From: Eledone cirrhosa
Taxonomy: Eukaryota
NCBI GenBank assembly: GCA_964016885.1
Contig: OZ024746.1
Span: forward strand, 79,236,001-79,300,000
Length of the DNA stretch: 64,000 nt
Direction of reading: 5' to 3'
Shown: positions 57,316-64,000 of the stretch, piece after piece
Position numbering within the stretch: position 1 is the first letter of the stretch
Layout of the letters: each line of letters begins with the position of its first letter
Notes under the pieces: model-generated
Databases searched by the model: none
Seen by the model: only the letters and a program-made list of their open reading frames with translations
What the model was told of the DNA's origin: nothing
Program-made: the position numbers and the translations under genes

Positions 57316-57384
<69 letters not shown>

Positions 57385-58770
57385 TAAGTAAGTGTGACAC
57401 CAAGAATACAAGAATAAAGTGACGAAATGTATGTGGCCATAATACCACAAGATCGATATATAGAAACAAGATGAATAATAACCTGTTAGTACTTGACCTA
57501 TTTATATATCGATGTTGTGGTGTGATTATGCCCACGTGTATTTGGTCGATTTATTCTAAGTGTCACACTTTCGTATCTTTTTGTGCTTACTCTGGTTGAA
57601 AATTCCACCCACACAACATTGATTAACCAAAGGCTGCAGAAGAAGACTGATACAAACCTGTATTTACTTCTGAACATGGAAACTAATCTTGTTTTTTTTT
57701 CAAAATACGAATGCCATGAAATCTGTATATCATATCAGTTTGATCAATGCTATTTATAAAGAACATTTAAAGGACTCTAACTGCAAATATTTAGCTTCAG
57801 ATTGATGGCATTTTAACCGTGAAAATGTGTGTATTAATCATACTATACTTAGTACTACATTTTCTAATAGCTTTTCCTCTAATAGTGTTTCTAGCGCATC
57901 TCCGGGGAAACACCTTCTCGATTCTGTCCACCGGGGCTGTGGAGAGGTCAGCACGTGGGATCCCATTTGCTCACCTTACAGAGAGATGGGGAGGGCGATA
58001 GAGATGGAGTCGATGACAGTGGGAGTTCGGGTCTTCCACGTTCGGACCATATCATTGTGGTTGGCTTCATTGCCTATAGAGTTCATTCTAACGGCTATTC
58101 TAGCAATGAGTTTTCTCATTTTTATATGTATTCTAAATAACTAGAAAAACAAATATTCCTGTCGATATGTGACAAGTCTTAATCTGAGGGAGATTTGACT
58201 ATTATCTCTATTTTGGAAGTATGTTAACTTATTGTAAAATGCTACAATACAGGCTTAACTACAAAAACATTTAAATAAGTTGAGCAAATAAATCCTTAAC
58301 GGCGGAAAGAAGTGGTCAGAGTCGCTAGCAGGAGTCGAACTCACATCTGCTGTATACAAGGACGGTTGCAGTACTATTATTACCCCAGCATTAAATTGAC
58401 CATTTACCCGTCATTTCTATAGTTCTAGCAGTTCAATGAAGCAAACAAAGGCACCATCGTTAGCACGAAAATATTTGTGTATATAATGATGGAAAACAGT
58501 AAAACCTGTATGGTGGGATTTTACATTTGAAATGTATGCATGAAATCTTTTCTCTCGTTGCTTTCGTTTTCTTTCCGCTTTATATTCAGCGAAGAAAGAA
58601 TAATTTCCATTTGAAAGCCTTAATGTGAATAAATACCACAAGATGACTGCAGGTGTTTTGAGGAATGTCAATGAATAAAAATTACTAAACATGCAGATAT
58701 TCAACTAGAGTATAGAAGTTACGTACGGAATTTTGCATATGCATATACATATATATATATATATATATTA

Positions 58771-58835
58771 TATTTTATCCGATGAAAGCACACCATAATT
58801 TAACTTGGTGTCCTTGAAATATGTATAATGAAATA
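58771..58835 (+). ncRNA. Hammerhead motif, family H1, CCGAUGA core
   Basis: tattttat-CCGATGA-aagcacacca..tggtgtcctt-GAAA-tatgta-TA^atgaaata. Confidence 0.65.
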
Positions 58836-58964
58836 AATATGGTTTTATAAATATAGTTTCCATTTGTTAATATATCGTATTTTTACTCCAATAATTTGTT
58901 GAGTGCCTTATATCAGATATAAAAATATTTGCTTGTTGTATCCCAACAATTTAAATAGAACTTC

Positions 58965-59051
<87 letters not shown>

Positions 59052-59128
59052 AAGTTATATAAAAAGTCAAGTGATTAAAATTTAGCTTCGTTTATTACTC
59101 GATTTTAAACTCAAAATCTATCTATCTA

Positions 59129-59195
<67 letters not shown>

Positions 59196-59352
59196 GCATC
59201 TATGTATGTATGTATGTATGTATGTATGTATGTATGTATGTATGTATGTATGTATGTATGTATGTATATATATATATATATATATTAGAAATGGCTTCTA
59301 CATGACTAGAGCTGTTTCACTCGCAAAAAGTCACCAGGAAAGCTTTCCTAAT

Positions 59353-59402
59353 GCTTTCCTGATGATTTCTTCCGAATGAAACAGTTGCAATCCTGTAGAA
59401 GC
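59353..59402 (+). ncRNA. Hammerhead motif, diverged family H5 copy
   Basis: gctttc-CTGATGA-tttc-ttcc-gaat-GAAA-cag-ttgcaatc-ctg-TA^gaagc; loops differ from the 46534 copy while stems are kept; decayed inverted copy at ~59292-59343. Confidence 0.7.
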
Positions 59403-59682
59403 CATTTCCATATTAAATATTTATACTCTGCTATGTATTGAGTACCTTACTGTGGTTGCCCCCGATTGAACCCAGGATAAACATATATATATATGTATAT
59501 AATACATAAATATATAAACGGAGAAAGCTATTAGCGATACTCCGACCAATTCCAACTCACTCAACAAACATTAGGAAATACCGGAGTATATTCCCAATTA
59601 AACGTTTGGGGTGCTAACTATATAGTATTGTGTGGATAATTGGCTGTATTATTTTATATGAGATATATTAAAGATCTCATTT

Positions 59683-59805
59683 CCCAAACGAATCGTTTCA
59701 TTATAAGATTTCTACATGGTGGGTGAAATTATACCAAGTTATGTAGAAGCTTGTGTAAGATCAATGGATTCTTATTCAAGTGGGCTCTTATAAATCTTCA
59801 GTGGG
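59683..59805 (-). ncRNA. Hammerhead motif with long stem II
   Basis: Minus strand: ccca-CTGAAGA-tttataag...cttataat-GAAA-cgattcg-TT^tggg. Confidence 0.7.
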
Positions 59806-61162
59806 TGCCCAATAATATTAATATTAATAACCAAATCAATATCAATATTTAGCGATAATCACCATCAGTGCTAGAAGGAGCTGCTAGGTTGTTAGTCCAG
59901 CAGTTCTAAAGAAAATCTCACACTGTCCCGAAAATGGGAGGAGGAGGTTACCGCCAAAAATAATACACGCGCAGATCATTGAACTCTGACAAGAATTTAA
60001 GCCTCGTGCGAAGAACTCAATTGGATAAAAAAAAACAAATATATGTGTGCACTGTTTAAGGACACATAAATATATTTTCTCAGGCAAAATAACAAATATG
60101 AGATACAGGAACAAACAATAATCAATATTCATATAAAAAAAATAAACAAAGAGAGTCATACCTTATATCGGAAAAAATTTATACTTAGAGTAGTAGAGAA
60201 AAATTCCATACTTAGAGTAGTAGAGTGGGTGATAGGTTCTAGCTGTCGAAAAGGGTCAGGACCCCGACAGCTGAGCTCCGGCATTTTCGACAGCTAGAAC
60301 CTATCACCCACTCTACTACTCTAAGTATGGAGTACTCTGGTGTGTTATGGTCCACCTGGTTTCTTATCGCACGCTCTTTGTTATATATATATATATATAT
60401 GGATAACAAGTTATCGTTTTAGGTAATCCAGTTAGATGTTGTGAGTACTCTATGGATAGTTTTAACCAATGCCATGTGTTACATCCTCCAGTAATACCAA
60501 TGTGGAAGTGAAATCATATCGCCTGGCGATATTTTGTGGGTTTTCGCTTGCAATTTGAATGCCCCCCCCCCCCCCTTCTATGCCGTCGCTATAATGGTGA
60601 ATTGTTTGAGGATTTTGCCGGGTGAGCTTCCTGTAAAGCCGTACAAGCCTCATACACCTAATTTGAACATGCCAGGCTATGTCTTAGCATTCCTTCACCA
60701 GTTTACTGCACTTTCTGCGTTTCCTACAGAGGTTTTCGTTAATACACGTGATTAGTTTATTTTGTCGCCGCACAGATACACATACGCACCAGCGCATTCC
60801 CTCCGCACACAAAATCCCCTCACCACCCACACCGACAGTCATATGTATGTACACACAGTTATACACACAGATACACATACGCACAAGCGCACTCCTTCCA
60901 CACATAAACGCACGTACACACACACACACAACACACAGTTATACACACGCATACATATGTCTGTACATGTGTGTGTATATATATGTATGTATCGACAGTC
61001 GATCGATTTTCGTCAAATCGGGCCGAGGAAACAATGTTTCCATTGGTCTTTCCAATTGCTAATACTATCTATCGGTCGCAGCTCAAGGACATAACGCATC
61101 ACCCGGTCCGGGAATCGAACTCACGACCTCACGATTGTGAATCCAATTCTCTAACCACTCAG

Positions 61163-61231
<69 letters not shown>

Positions 61232-61567
61232 TGTGTGTCTCTGTGTTTGTGTGTGTGTGTCTATATGTGTATTATATATTTACTTATATAAACATACACC
61301 CTCACACACAAATTTTTGTGTGTTTATTATATTTATATATACATAAGTATGTGTCGATAACTTTCCCTCTTTCTCTTTTCTGTCATCAGCCATCATCCAT
61401 AAATAAATGCCTTATCATCTTTCTCTACTCCATGCGCCTCGTTTTAATTTTCTCCTATAAATATTGATTATACATCGCCACTCTCTCATCTACAGTTGCT
61501 TCTGTTTGTTTACACACCATGTTATATCGCCATTACAAGTGCTGGTTGCTCAGAAGGACTGTATAAA

Positions 61568-61610
<43 letters not shown>

Positions 61611-61727
61611 TTTATATATATGCATTTATACATACACACACACACGCACACATTTATATATATATATATATATATAAATATATATACATATATATACATA
61701 CATACATATATATATATACATACATAT

Positions 61728-61758
<31 letters not shown>

Positions 61759-62016
61759 CATACATATATATATATGAGAATGTCTCGATATGTGTGTGTA
61801 TGTGTGTGTTTGTTTGTTTGTTTGTTTGTTTTTTGTATGTGTATGTGTGTGTTTGCGCACGCGCAATCTGTATATTTCTAATATTACTTTGAAAACCTGC
61901 TCCTTATCTTTTTCTACATTTAATTTTGCCTATTTTTTTTCCACCTGATATATATTTTTTTTTATAGATTACTATTTTTTTTTTATAATTTACTATTTTT
62001 TTTTATAGTTTACTAT

Positions 62017-62055
<39 letters not shown>

Positions 62056-62169
62056 TATATTCATTATTATTATTTTTGCTTAACTACTTGTCCAACATTA
62101 TATACTCTTCTGTTTTCTTGTATACCTCGTCATCTTCGTCGGCCTCATTATCATCCACATTATTGACAA

Positions 62170-62490
62170 CATCACCGCCACCACCGCCACCACCACCACC
62201 ACCACCACCGGCGTCGCCACCTACAACCACCAGCACCACCAGCACCACTACTACCAGCACCAACACCAGCACCAGCACCACTACCACAACCACCATCATC
62301 ATCCCCACCTTACCACCATCACCACCATCACCACCATCCCAGCCTAAGCCCCCACCACTACCACCACCACCACCACCACCACCACCGCCACCACCGACAT
62401 CATACCATGATGATCATGATGAGTATGTGGATAAGTACGATGATTATCTGCATCACCATCATCACCACCACCACCACCGTCACCACCAAT
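62170..62490 (+). repeat. (CCA/CAC)n microsatellite
   Basis: Source of the Pro/Thr/His-rich ORF. Confidence 0.85.
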
Positions 62491-62758
62491 TTACTCCCCC
62501 CCCCCCACCTCCTCTTACCCCTCATCATAATCTTCGACGTCGTCTCCGTCGTTGTCGTCTCCATGTATATATTTATTTAGTTGTTTATTGATTCAGGATA
62601 AACACTTTGCCTCTTACAGTAGAAAAAATATATAAATACTAGAAAATAATTATGTATACATACATACTTACACACACACACACACACGCACACACACACG
62701 CATACACACACACACGCGCACACGCACACACACACGCATACACACACACACGCGCACA

Positions 62759-62805
<47 letters not shown>

Positions 62806-62851
62806 GTGTGTGCGCTTGTGTGTGTGAGTGTATAAATGATAGAATAATCCA

Positions 62852-62906
<55 letters not shown>

Positions 62907-63160
62907 CGAAGGAAATGTGGTACGGAACCAGATGGACCATAACGCACCAAAGTACTCAATACTTAGGGTAGTAGTAGTAGAGTGGGTAATAGGAACGAGT
63001 AGGACCCCGACGGCTGAGCTCAAGCCGTTTCGACGGCTAATTCTGGACTCCAGAATTAGCCGTCGAAACTGCTTGAGCTCAGCCGTCGGGGTCCTACTCG
63101 TTCCTATATATATTTATATGTATATGTATATATATATGTATATAAATTTCTATACTTTTC

Positions 63161-63212
<52 letters not shown>

Positions 63213-63337
63213 GTTATTCCGGGTTGAATCGGAGGTAACCACAGTAAGTAAGGTACTCAATACATAGCAGAGTATAAAAGTTTTAATATAGATGAGATTC
63301 TACAGGACTAGAACTGTTTCATTCTTTAGAAATCATC

Positions 63338-63339
<2 letters not shown>
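63213..63339 (-). mobile_element. Family H5 fragment, hammerhead truncated at the CUGA core
   Basis: Reverse complement of 46542-46669; the 5' arm of stem I is replaced by (TA)n. Confidence 0.75.
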
Positions 63340-63399
<60 letters not shown>

Positions 63400-63707
63400 T
63401 GTGTGTATGTGTATGTATGTATTTGTGCGTGTGTGTGTGTACTTGGTGGGTCTTCCGTCGATTTCGACGCTATTTCTTCAGCTGCTCTATGAAGTGATGT
63501 ACCTATTTTTTAAATCAAGATATAAATGTTTTTCCCAGACACATATCTTGTTTAACCTAATTTCCAAGCTAACTTCAATGGCAAGCCTGAGTATGTGATT
63601 TACAGCCTAGGTACAACCCATCTGTCTGGCTTCCACATAGCTTACATTCTGCTCAATGTTGCCTATACGACAATTATCATCATCGTCATCATTATTATGT
63701 ACTCCAA

Positions 63708-64000
63708 GGGCGGCGGATTGGCAGTATCGGTAGAGGGTCGGACGCCATGCTCTCCAGCATAGTTACGTCCCTTTACGATCTGAGTTCAAATCCAGCCGAG
63801 GTTGACTTTGCCTTTCATCCTTACGGGGTCGATAAAATAAAGTACCAGTAATGCACTGGGTAATTTGCTGGCCTTGTACCTAAAGTAGAAACAATTACTA
63901 TGTGTCCCAAGGGTGGTGGGTTGGCAGTATCGTTAGAGGGTCGGACACCATACTTTGCAGCCAAGAGTTACGGCCCTTTATGGTCTAAGTTCAAATCCCG
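63708..64000 (+). mobile_element. Two tandem family A SINEs (second runs off the window)
   Basis: Copies start at ~63708 and ~63911. Confidence 0.85.

Noticed and set aside
62076-62591. Pro/Thr/His-rich 171-aa ORF as an exon
   Set aside because: Explained by (CCA)n repeats; no supporting splice or domain evidence.

Overview
AT-rich eukaryotic non-coding DNA. The SINE families and the extreme (TA)n/(CA)n/(GA)n load resemble Octopus; this species assignment is inference. No host protein-coding exon or true tRNA/rRNA gene is supportable, and almost all listed ORFs are microsatellite translations. The window is a mosaic of tRNA-derived SINEs, three non-autonomous Helitron-like elements, a hAT MITE, mariner and RTE remnants, minisatellites and a 200-N gap. 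The main hidden signal is about 20 type I hammerhead ribozyme (HHR) motifs, found by hand, on both strands and in at least 8 unrelated sequence families. They sit in short (TA)n-flanked inserts that are often fold-backs or partial tandem duplications. One lies about 200 nt downstream of an open Penelope-type GIY-YIG C-terminus. One family forms a ~311-320 bp tandem repeat with a U3-A8 core and stem II covariation, a candidate retrozyme/circRNA generator. Ribozyme coordinates were read base by base; repeat boundaries are approximate.
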